Positions 1 to 6,505 of a stretch of DNA of 34,718 nucleotides are shown here, one piece after another. Positions within the stretch are counted from its first letter, which is position 1; the number at the start of each line of letters is the position of its first letter. The notes under the pieces were generated by a model. It made no database searches. It was given only the letters and a program-made list of their open reading frames with translations, and was not told where the DNA came from. Both the position numbers and the translations under genes were made by a program. The stretch comes from a virus, in the IMG/VR virus record IMGVR_UViG_3300021164_001320, positions 1 through 34,718 of that record; one strand, written 5' to 3'.

Positions 1-141
1 CAACAAACGTAAATTCATCAAGTCAAGTTGTTGCATCGAGAACTAGCGTAGTTATCAACGGGATTACATATCCAGCACTTTTATTACGCAAACAACGTGG
101 TCGCGGGATTGATGATAGTGCTGATATTTATATACCACGTG
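1..141. repeat. Terminal overlap, copy 1 (identical to 34578-34718)
   Basis: Base-by-base comparison of the window start and end. The repeat lies inside the tailspike coding frame. Confidence 0.95.
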
Positions 142-470
142 ATCATAGAACTAAATTTATTTCAAGCGGAGCTTTAAAGGCTTACAATCCTGAAAATACA
201 TCTGATGACCTTGTAGGTTTCAACCTATATTTAGTTAAAGCTAGACAACTTGATTCAAATGGCATTCCAATTGCATTAAACACAAAGAATGTTGCATATG
301 GTGACTGGAGAACAGAGTCAGCAATTAAGGAGTTTTCTTGTAAAACCATAACATACGCAGAAGATTGTATAGGTTATAACTGGTACAAGTTGAGTCTAAG
401 ATTTTTTGCTTACACGGGAAATGGTTACTTTTATATTCTTGGTTTAGGTTTTGAAGAGCCAGACGAATAA
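1..470 (+). CDS. Tailspike/tail fibre, C-terminal part (continuation of 32477-34718 across the circular junction; whole protein 856 aa)
   Basis: Frame 3 (first full codon at nt 3) is open from the window start to TAA at 468-470. It is in phase with the ORF running off the window end once the 141-nt overlap is collapsed. A strong terminator follows. Confidence 0.85.
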   Translation, partial: TNVNSSSQVVASRTSVVINGITYPALLLRKQRGRGIDDSADIYIPRDHRTKFISSGALKAYNPENTSDDLVGFNLYLVKARQLDSNGIPIALNTKNVAYGDWRTESAIKEFSCKTITYAEDCIGYNWYKLSLRFFAYTGNGYFYILGLGFEEPDE

Positions 471-471
471 T

Positions 472-497
472 AAAAACCCCTTCGGGGGTTTTTTTAT
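472..497 (+). terminator. Rho-independent terminator after the tailspike gene
   Basis: AAAAACCCC-TTCG-GGGGTTTTT hairpin followed by a T-run, 2 nt after the stop codon. Confidence 0.85.
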
Positions 498-519
498 TTC
501 TTGGTAAAAGTGCTATTAT
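491..519 (+). promoter_or_regulatory. Putative extended -10 promoter (TGcTATTAT at 511-519, weak -35 TTTTTA at 491-496)
   Basis: TGn plus TATTAT motif located between a terminator and the mini-ORF. This is a sequence match only. Confidence 0.3.
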
Positions 520-545
520 CGGTAAAACTGATATAGAGCGAACTA

Positions 546-647
546 ATGCAGATTTTTAAAAACTTAGAGGAGCATATTGAGCATATCGAGCATATCGAGC
601 ATATCGCGCTTGTGCTTCTCGTCACCGCTTTGAGCATGATTGCTTAG
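546..647 (+). CDS. 33-codon mini-ORF MQIFKNLEEHIEHIEHIEHIALVLLVTALSMIA (could instead be a small non-coding RNA)
   Basis: ATG at 546, TAG at 645-647. It is bracketed by the putative promoter and its own terminator. The C-terminal half is hydrophobic. The SD is weak (GAG). It falls below the ORF-track size cut-off. Confidence 0.3.
   Translation: MQIFKNLEEHIEHIEHIEHIALVLLVTALSMIA
570..605. repeat. Tandem 9-bp repeat GAGCATATY x4
   Basis: GAGCATATT GAGCATATC GAGCATATC GAGCATATC read directly. In frame it encodes (EHI)4. Confidence 0.95.
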
Positions 648-674
648 CTCTTAATACTCAATAAAACACATTCA

Positions 675-706
675 ACCCTGATCTTTAATTAGATCAGGGT
701 TTTTTA
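675..706 (+). terminator. Rho-independent terminator closing the mini-gene
   Basis: AACCCTGATCT-TTAATT-AGATCAGGGTT hairpin followed by TTTTT. Confidence 0.8.
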
Positions 707-728
707 TTACCAAAAAATAGGGGGAGAA

Positions 729-1010
729 ATGTCAGAGACAACAGGGCAAGCAATTGCCGAAGCAAGTGCAGCGGTTACATCAGTTTCAACCAAAGCAGCA
801 GTTGGGGGGTCAATAGCGGGGTTATCGGGAAAGTTTTTGGGACTAGACCCAATCACTGCAATTGGTTTGCTTGTGGCGATTGCAGGCCTGTTAGTGAGCT
901 TTATGAGCTTCTTGATTAACTGGTACTACAAACGCCAAGAAAATAAGCGTGCAGATCAACTCCATCAAATTGCGCTACGAAAAGCAAAGGATGAATGCAA
1001 TGTCGAATAA
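729..1010 (+). CDS. Holin (possibly a pinholin, given the SAR endolysin)
   Basis: SD GGGGGAG lies upstream. The protein is 93 aa with two hydrophobic helices (AAVGGSIAGLSGKFLGL; ITAIGLLVAIAGLLVSFMSFLINWYY) and a highly charged C-tail. It overlaps the endolysin start. Confidence 0.8.
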   Translation: MSETTGQAIAEASAAVTSVSTKAAVGGSIAGLSGKFLGLDPITAIGLLVAIAGLLVSFMSFLINWYYKRQENKRADQLHQIALRKAKDECNVE

Positions 1011-1509
1011 AACCAAGATAGCTGTAACTATGGCGACTGTGATTAGTCTGGGCGGTGTTGCTTGGACGCAGAGCCGTGAAGGAACTGTACTCAAGCCTTA
1101 TTACGATAGTGTCAAAGTAGCAACCATCGGAACGGGGACAACGGTCTATCCAAACGGCAAAACTGTCAAAATCACAGACCCACCGATTACAAAAAAACAA
1201 GCGGCTGAATATCTGCAATTCCACATGAATAAAGATGCCAAGATTTTCAATAAAACGCTTATTGGTATTCCGCTTTCTCAAGCTGAGTATGACTTGTATA
1301 TGGACTTCACATACCAGTTTGGCACTGGCGCATGGTTGCAGTCTTCCATGCTTCGTAACTTGAAATCACGTAACTACGTGCAAGCCTGTAAGTCGTTATT
1401 GAAGTGGAAGTATGCAGCAAAGCGCGATTGTTCAATCCGCTCAAATAACTGCTATGGCGTGTGGACACGACAGCAAGCGCGATATGAAAAATGCATGGGA
1501 GCGCAGTAG
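1000..1509 (+). CDS. SAR-type endolysin, GH24 (T4/P21-like) lysozyme
   Basis: Catalytic spacing E-x8-D-x5-T occurs in SREGTVLKPYYDSVKVATIGTG. The N-terminal weakly hydrophobic Gly/Ala/Ser/Thr-rich segment IAVTMATVISLGGVAW looks like a signal-anchor-release domain. In-frame ATGs are at 949, 991 and 1000. The ATG at 1000 has AAGGA 8 nt upstream. Confidence 0.85.
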   Translation: MSNKTKIAVTMATVISLGGVAWTQSREGTVLKPYYDSVKVATIGTGTTVYPNGKTVKITDPPITKKQAAEYLQFHMNKDAKIFNKTLIGIPLSQAEYDLYMDFTYQFGTGAWLQSSMLRNLKSRNYVQACKSLLKWKYAAKRDCSIRSNNCYGVWTRQQARYEKCMGAQ

Positions 1510-1806
1510 ATGAGTGAATTTAAAAAAGTTAGCAATGTGCTTCTTGAGTCTAACGGTATTTATTTTATTGAATGCCCTGGTTGTAAAATCTTGCATCCAT
1601 TTCATGTTGATCCAAAACATAAAATTCGTTGGGACTTTAATGGCAATTTAGAGAAACCAACATTTAGCCCAAGCTTAATGGTGAATCAAGGCCACCCTAG
1701 CCAATGTCATTCGTTTGTCACAGATGGAAAAATTCAGTTCTTATCTGACTGCCATCATGGACTAGCTGGGCAAACAGTTGATTTGCTAGAAGTGGAGGAA
1801 TTCTGA
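1510..1806 (+). CDS. Cys/His-rich small protein (CPGC...CH...CHH), DUF6527-like from memory; function unknown
   Basis: The ORF abuts the endolysin stop (TAG then ATG) and overlaps the i-spanin start (TGATG). Putative zinc ligands are C22, C25, C66/H67 and C81/H82/H83. Confidence 0.7.
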   Translation: MSEFKKVSNVLLESNGIYFIECPGCKILHPFHVDPKHKIRWDFNGNLEKPTFSPSLMVNQGHPSQCHSFVTDGKIQFLSDCHHGLAGQTVDLLEVEEF

Positions 1807-2186
1807 TGCCATTTATTTTACTGATCTGGAATAACAAGCGTTGGACTTTAATCATTGTGCTTTTGATTTATGCCGTGTTTCAAACATGGCAATCCAATTC
1901 ACTGGCAGGTGATTTGAACAAGGCAAATGCTGAATGCAAAACAAAGGTACAGCAAGAAGTCGATAAGGCCGTGAAGCCTTACAAGGACGCAGAACAAGAA
2001 GCGCAAGAACGAGCACAGAAAGCAGGTGAGGACTATGAACAAACCAAAGAAACCGAACGAGTCAAAACAGAAACGATTACACGTGAAGTGCAAAAGATCA
2101 TTGAACGTCCTGTTTATCTCAACAATTGTTTCGATGATGCTGGGGTGTCAGCAGTCAATGCCGCTGGTAATTCCAGCAAACCTTAA
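1806..2186 (+). CDS. i-spanin (Rz-like)
   Basis: N-terminal TM helix (WTLIIVLLIYAVF) and a charged helical periplasmic domain. The lipoprotein ORF starts inside it in another frame. It sits last in the lysis cassette. Confidence 0.75.
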   Translation: MPFILLIWNNKRWTLIIVLLIYAVFQTWQSNSLAGDLNKANAECKTKVQQEVDKAVKPYKDAEQEAQERAQKAGEDYEQTKETERVKTETITREVQKIIERPVYLNNCFDDAGVSAVNAAGNSSKP

Positions 2187-2331
2187 AACACCTTGTCCTG
2201 ATCTATTGGAATTAAAGTCTGGCCAAGCGAAAGAAGTTCTACAGGTGATGGTGGATGACCGACGAAAGTATGTAGATTGTAAGCAGCGCCATGCGGCTAT
2301 TATTTCAATTATAGAAAAGTCCTCAAAGTGA
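2035..2331 (+). CDS. o-spanin (Rz1-like lipoprotein), overlapping architecture
   Basis: Signal-peptide-like KCKRSLNVLFISTIVSMMLG followed by Cys (lipobox-like MLGC), with a Pro-rich mature part. Possible starts are ATG 2035 or GTG 2083. The ORF begins within the i-spanin gene and extends past it. Confidence 0.65.
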   Translation: MNKPKKPNESKQKRLHVKCKRSLNVLFISTIVSMMLGCQQSMPLVIPANLKTPCPDLLELKSGQAKEVLQVMVDDRRKYVDCKQRHAAIISIIEKSSK

Positions 2332-2341
2332 GGGCTTTTTG
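2319..2341 (+). terminator. Terminator-like hairpin at the end of the lysis cassette
   Basis: GTCCTCA-AAG-TGAGGGC hairpin followed by TTTTT. The stop codon lies inside the stem. Confidence 0.5.
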
Positions 2342-2710
2342 CTTATAATGAATCAGGTATGTTTTAGAATGTGTACAGTAATGTGTACATAAATATTTAT
2401 AAAATTAAATATTAAATAAAAAATATATCTAAATTAGTAGCTTGCAATCTTAACCATCCATATCAAAAATAATAATCGGTCTTTCCATTCAAAAATCTCC
2501 AATGTTTTTCAAAGTTCAACAAGGTTCATAGAAAAACACTCTAACCCCTGAAATTACTATGCTTTCGCATTTATTAAAGCATTTTAAGTAATTTCAAAGT
2601 TCAACAAAGTTGTTTACCTTTCAAGAAAAATTATGTACATATCTGTGTACATAAATTTTATCTGTACATATCAGCATTAGAGTATAGAACAATTAGGTTG
2701 AAAAAAACGA
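2342..2710. other. attP-containing AT-rich region upstream of int
   Basis: 369-nt non-coding, very AT-rich tract. It holds five TGTACA(T) motifs (2372, 2384, 2634, 2645, 2663). A 13-nt direct repeat TGTGTACATAAAT occurs at 2382-2394 and 2644-2656. A 20-nt direct repeat TTTCAAAGTTCAACAARGTT occurs at 2507-2526 and 2592-2611. The core crossover site was not identified. Confidence 0.55.
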
Positions 2711-4012
2711 ATGGCTTTAAGTGATAGTTGGCTCAAATCGAATAATGGAAAATCTCGAGAAAAGGTTGAAGTGGTGACAGATAGAGACGGTTTATCTATC
2801 AGGATTTCGCCTAAGGGTAAGATCGTATTCCAATTTCGTTATCGATTTAATGGCACAGCCAAACGATTAGATCTTGGTACTTATCCTATGCTGGGGCTCA
2901 AAGATGCCCGCACACAAGTGCATAAATATAAATCAGAACTTGATCAGGGAAAGGATCCCTTACAGTTAAAACTTAAAGGGGAGAGTGACTATCTCAAGCA
3001 ACTTACCGTAAAGGATATATGCGACCTTTGGTTTAATACTGTGGCGATAGGCAAGGTCTCTTGTAAGGATGATCTACGTGCATTTGAGATGCATGTTTAC
3101 CCACGTATAGGTAAAAGGTTTTGTGATGAGGTAACTCTGCAAGAGTGGTCTGAACTATTATTTGATATCGCAGGAGAAGTTAAATCTGTAGCAGTTAAAG
3201 TTTTAGGTAATCTCAAAATGATTATGCGATGGGGGTGTATTCACGGAAAGTTAAAGCATCAACCTATCCAGCATCTTAAAGCTGCTGATCTAAATGTAAA
3301 AAAGGTAAAACGCTCAAGGTATTTAACAGAACAAGAGATATTTTGGGTTATCCATGCATCACTTAGATCGAATGCCATCTCGCAAAAAAATAAAGCTATT
3401 TTAATTATGCTTCTTTTCTTTGGCTGTCGTGTTTCTGAGTTACGCCTTGCTAAAAAATCTGATTTCGATTTTCAGCAAATGATTTGGACAGTTCCACCTG
3501 AGAATCACAAGATGGGGGATCGCACCCATAAACCTATTATTAGGCCAATCATTCCGCAGATTATTCCATTTCTTGAATTTATATTTTCACTCTCTCCAGA
3601 GAGTTGTGAATATGCTTTCCCTAGTCTTAAAGGGAAAACTTATACGTTGTTGTCAAAAAGCTTTCATACAACAATACCAGGCTTTGTGAATAATAATGTT
3701 CAGAAAAGATTTGGTGTGGAAATGAAGCACTGGACCATACACGACCTGAGAAGAACAATGCGAACAAACATATCAGAATTGGCCGCACCACACGTCTGTG
3801 AAATTATGTTGGGGCATGGTCTGCCTGCAATTTGGGGGACTTATGATTTACATGAATATATTGATGATCAGGCGCAAGCTTATGAAAAATGGTTTATTAA
3901 GCTATGCGCCATATTAGACAATCATGAACGTTTCGATATTAAAGGTTGTATTTCAAGTGAATCAAGTAGCCCTTTGCTTCTTTCCCAAGCGTCAACAGCT
4001 TTAATACCGTAA
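2711..4012 (+). CDS. int: Tyrosine integrase, P4-type
   Basis: N-terminal arm-binding-type domain (GKIVFQFRYRFNGTAKRLDLGTYP). Catalytic motifs are GCRVSELRL, HDLRRT, MLGH and WGTYDLHEY. Confidence 0.9.
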   Translation: MALSDSWLKSNNGKSREKVEVVTDRDGLSIRISPKGKIVFQFRYRFNGTAKRLDLGTYPMLGLKDARTQVHKYKSELDQGKDPLQLKLKGESDYLKQLTVKDICDLWFNTVAIGKVSCKDDLRAFEMHVYPRIGKRFCDEVTLQEWSELLFDIAGEVKSVAVKVLGNLKMIMRWGCIHGKLKHQPIQHLKAADLNVKKVKRSRYLTEQEIFWVIHASLRSNAISQKNKAILIMLLFFGCRVSELRLAKKSDFDFQQMIWTVPPENHKMGDRTHKPIIRPIIPQIIPFLEFIFSLSPESCEYAFPSLKGKTYTLLSKSFHTTIPGFVNNNVQKRFGVEMKHWTIHDLRRTMRTNISELAAPHVCEIMLGHGLPAIWGTYDLHEYIDDQAQAYEKWFIKLCAILDNHERFDIKGCISSESSSPLLLSQASTALIP

Positions 4013-4143
4013 CGACTACTTGAACGACCATGTGCTTTGATCACTGGTTCAGGAAAATCCCTGTTATTACGCCAGTTGATCAAAGTACCTTTAGTAACGC
4101 CGTAACGCTTCAATAATTCAGGGGTTGAGATATATAGTCCCAT
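3922..4143 (-). CDS. xis: Excisionase / AlpA-family HTH protein
   Basis: YISTPELLKRYGVTKGTLINWRNNRDFPEP is a typical AlpA/Xis-type HTH. The gene lies adjacent to int and is convergent with it. Confidence 0.65.
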   Translation of the reverse strand: MGLYISTPELLKRYGVTKGTLINWRNNRDFPEPVIKAHGRSSSRYGIKAVDAWERSKGLLDSLEIQPLISKRS

Positions 4144-4362
4144 TTATAACACCTCCTTCTTGATATCAATTAACTCAAACGGTAATTTGGTGTCCAAACC
4201 TGTGCACTCATCCTTATATCCAAAACTTACAAGGATGTGATAAAGGGCAGAGGCTTGCTCCGCCGTGAATGTTTTGGTTGTGCCTGACTGCCCTATGACG
4301 AGTGGTGCAAATTCTTCAGCAAGCTCTTGGGCGATGTGTTGGAGGTTAGTCATTGGCTTCAT
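4144..4362 (-). CDS. Hypothetical early protein (72 aa)
   Basis: The ORF abuts the xis start and belongs to the tightly packed minus-strand operon. Confidence 0.6.
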   Translation of the reverse strand: MKPMTNLQHIAQELAEEFAPLVIGQSGTTKTFTAEQASALYHILVSFGYKDECTGLDTKLPFELIDIKKEVL

Positions 4363-4570
4363 TCTCCATATGTGCCGACATTTCTATATAGTCGTATGCC
4401 CATTCGCGAAGAATTTCATTTTGAATAAATTCGTCTTTTTCAAAGAATCCCAATTTATTCCACTCTTCCTCAGAGATATGCTCACTTAGAAAAGTTTCTT
4501 CCTCGCGATTAGCTACAGGAAAACCGATTGACAGTTTTAGTTTGATTTTTATCTGGTTGAAATCAGTCAT
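4346..4570 (-). CDS. Hypothetical, strongly acidic early protein (74 aa)
   Basis: The ORF overlaps both neighbours. There are about 18 Asp/Glu against about 7 Lys/Arg. Confidence 0.6.
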   Translation of the reverse strand: MTDFNQIKIKLKLSIGFPVANREEETFLSEHISEEEWNKLGFFEKDEFIQNEILREWAYDYIEMSAHMENEAND

Positions 4571-4778
4571 TGGCTGGCTCCTTTGCTTCGATCACTGGAT
4601 CAGCATTTAACACAGCCCAGTGTGTAATTAACTTTTGAACAAAAGCGCAGCCATCAATTGGGCAAGCAAAGCCAAAAGGGTGTTTGTATTCAGCAGTTAG
4701 CTGTTCACTCGCAATAAAGATTTGATAACGACCATCAATGCGAGGTGATTGTTTCGTGTAATCAATCCATTCAATCAT
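4563..4778 (-). CDS. Hypothetical early protein (71 aa), possibly DUF551-like
   Basis: SD AGGTGG lies upstream. The N-terminal MIEWIDYTKQSP resembles the DUF551 start (recalled from memory only). Confidence 0.55.
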   Translation of the reverse strand: MIEWIDYTKQSPRIDGRYQIFIASEQLTAEYKHPFGFACPIDGCAFVQKLITHWAVLNADPVIEAKEPAND

Positions 4779-4819
4779 TTCACCACCTAATTGGCCGCAC
4801 TCGGTACGGCCTTATCTGA

Positions 4820-6490
4820 TTAATTACCGAAAAGCTCTGATTCGCGTTTTTGCGCAGCATTAGTAATGCGTTGTTGGTCAGGATCAGACTGCTCCTCATA
4901 CATTGGGTCGATAAAGACGTTGTTAATTTCATCTTGGTTTTTGGCAGCTTCAATTTCAGCAATCGCCTTATCAACCCAAGGGGTATCGTCTGTATCAAAC
5001 ATGGATAGCTGATTTTCTAAAAACTGTTTACGTGCTGCATAGACGTTAAGTACATCGTTCATATGGTCAGGCGTAAGGTTTGGCTTATTGTCTCGGATGG
5101 TCTTTGCAACGGCTTCCAGTTCAGTAATATTTTGGGCATTGCCGATTTGGATTTTTAAACCGCCAATGATCTGATCTGACTTAATTTCGTTTACTGCTAG
5201 AGCTTGTTGAGCTTCCTTTTTTTGAGCAACTAATTTTTCAGCTTCTTTTTGCAGTCTTTGCAATTCGCTAACACTTAAGTTTTCTTCCGATTGAGTTGGC
5301 TCAGGCTCATTTGTTTTAAATTCTGCTAGACGTTTAGCTATTGCCTCATGAAGCGGGGCACGCTGTTCGGCAGACCAAGCATTTGTATATTTAACTAATG
5401 CACTAACCTCATTTGCTGTCTTTGCTACTTTAGAGCGTTCGATAAGATCTGCGAGCAGTGTCTGATACTTTTCATCATCTTCCTGAATTACAACTTTTTT
5501 GGTTTGGGCACGTGGTTTTTTCTCTTGTGCCGGTTCGTCTACTGGTGGTGCTTCTTCCTTTTCAGGCTCAGGCTTTTTTGCAGGAACATCAACATCAGTA
5601 ACTTTGTATTTATCAGCATTGGCTTTCCATAGCTTGATCAATTCATTGCGTTCTGATTCATCAGATAAGGCATAAATGCTGCTTTCCAATTCTTCCAAAC
5701 TATCTAAGGACTTAGCTCTTAAAATTAATCCTTTAATGTGCTTAAAGTCAGATGCATTAATTACTTTTGATTCCGCTTCTGGTGTTACATCAATAATGCG
5801 GTCCTGTTCTTCCTCAGCTGAGCGTAAGCCCATCAGCAATTCAGGCGCATAGACACGGCCAAAGAATGAAGCAGCACGGTAGCGAAGCATTTGCTCTGAC
5901 ATTGTTTGCCATTTGCTACCTTCTTTGGTGTACCAACCCTCCTTAACAGCCATCTCAATTGTGATTTTTGATGACTCTAAACGTTCACCAGTTTCACGTT
6001 CGATAGCCCAGGCTACACAGCTAAAATCATGAATTTTGACAGTTTTAGATATTTTCTTTGGTTTGCGGTTTTCCCAAACAGTTTCCACGCATTCAACTTC
6101 TTTTTCGCCCAAATCTTCCAATTCAAAACGAAGGGCAGAGAAACGTCCGCTGCTATTAATACCAGCCATAATGAACTGAGATGACCAAGATGGGCGACCA
6201 TTCACCAGATAAAGGTTTTGCATAACCATGAGTGGATCAGCACCCATGCGATTAGACATATTTAGGGCAATTACACAGTTAGATAGGCCATTTGGATTTG
6301 GTTCTTCACGCCATAGCTGGTTGCCGTATTCGTCTTTGCCAGCTTTCTTTTGAATTGTTGCGCGGTATTGTTCTGGCACCAGTGTTGAACTAGACAGCAT
6401 TTTTGCAATACGCTGAGATAGTTCAAAAGCCTCAAGGTTTAAAAGGCCAACTGATTGGTTTGAGTTCGACATTTGAGATTGAGCATTCAT
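4820..6490 (-). CDS. recT: RecT-family single-strand annealing protein with a roughly 300-aa charged C-terminal extension
   Basis: The N-terminal ~240 aa carry RecT-like motifs (VPEQYR, NCVIALNMSNRMGADPLMVMQNLYLVNGRPSWSSQF, MLRYRAASFFGRVYAPELLMG). The remainder is Glu/Lys/Ala-rich. The gene lies downstream of the exonuclease gene. Confidence 0.8.
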   Translation of the reverse strand: MNAQSQMSNSNQSVGLLNLEAFELSQRIAKMLSSSTLVPEQYRATIQKKAGKDEYGNQLWREEPNPNGLSNCVIALNMSNRMGADPLMVMQNLYLVNGRPSWSSQFIMAGINSSGRFSALRFELEDLGEKEVECVETVWENRKPKKISKTVKIHDFSCVAWAIERETGERLESSKITIEMAVKEGWYTKEGSKWQTMSEQMLRYRAASFFGRVYAPELLMGLRSAEEEQDRIIDVTPEAESKVINASDFKHIKGLILRAKSLDSLEELESSIYALSDESERNELIKLWKANADKYKVTDVDVPAKKPEPEKEEAPPVDEPAQEKKPRAQTKKVVIQEDDEKYQTLLADLIERSKVAKTANEVSALVKYTNAWSAEQRAPLHEAIAKRLAEFKTNEPEPTQSEENLSVSELQRLQKEAEKLVAQKKEAQQALAVNEIKSDQIIGGLKIQIGNAQNITELEAVAKTIRDNKPNLTPDHMNDVLNVYAARKQFLENQLSMFDTDDTPWVDKAIAEIEAAKNQDEINNVFIDPMYEEQSDPDQQRITNAAQKRESELFGN

Positions 6491-6505
6491 TTTTAAAATT
6501 CCTAA

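Noticed and set aside
1-141. Biological direct terminal repeats of a T7-like linear genome
   Set aside because: The repeat falls mid-codon inside the tailspike ORF rather than in non-coding termini. Its 141-nt length matches a common assembler k-mer. I treat it as a circular-assembly overlap, and reads are needed to confirm.
570-605. Possible CRISPR-like or satellite repeat
   Set aside because: There are only four contiguous 9-bp units with no spacers. The iterons at 10325-10421 are likewise 17-bp-period binding-site-like repeats inside a gene. Neither has CRISPR architecture.
949-999. ORF-track upstream starts (949 endolysin, 9239, 9513, 9812, 13462, 17900, 21966, 2026)
   Set aside because: These longest-ORF starts overlap upstream genes or hairpins and lack an SD. 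Downstream ATGs with an SD or ATGA/TAATG coupling were preferred. This remains uncertain without experimental N-termini.
2342-2710. tRNA gene or tRNA 3' fragment as attP core
   Set aside because: The region is extremely AT-rich. It has no GC-rich acceptor/T-arm-like segment (no GGTTCGAATCC-type sequence). No tRNA was seen anywhere in the window.
4780-4998. 72-aa minus-strand ORF overlapping the recT 3' end
   Set aside because: It is out of frame within recT and basic/low-complexity. The 4563-4778 gene has its own good SD immediately downstream, leaving no room for it.
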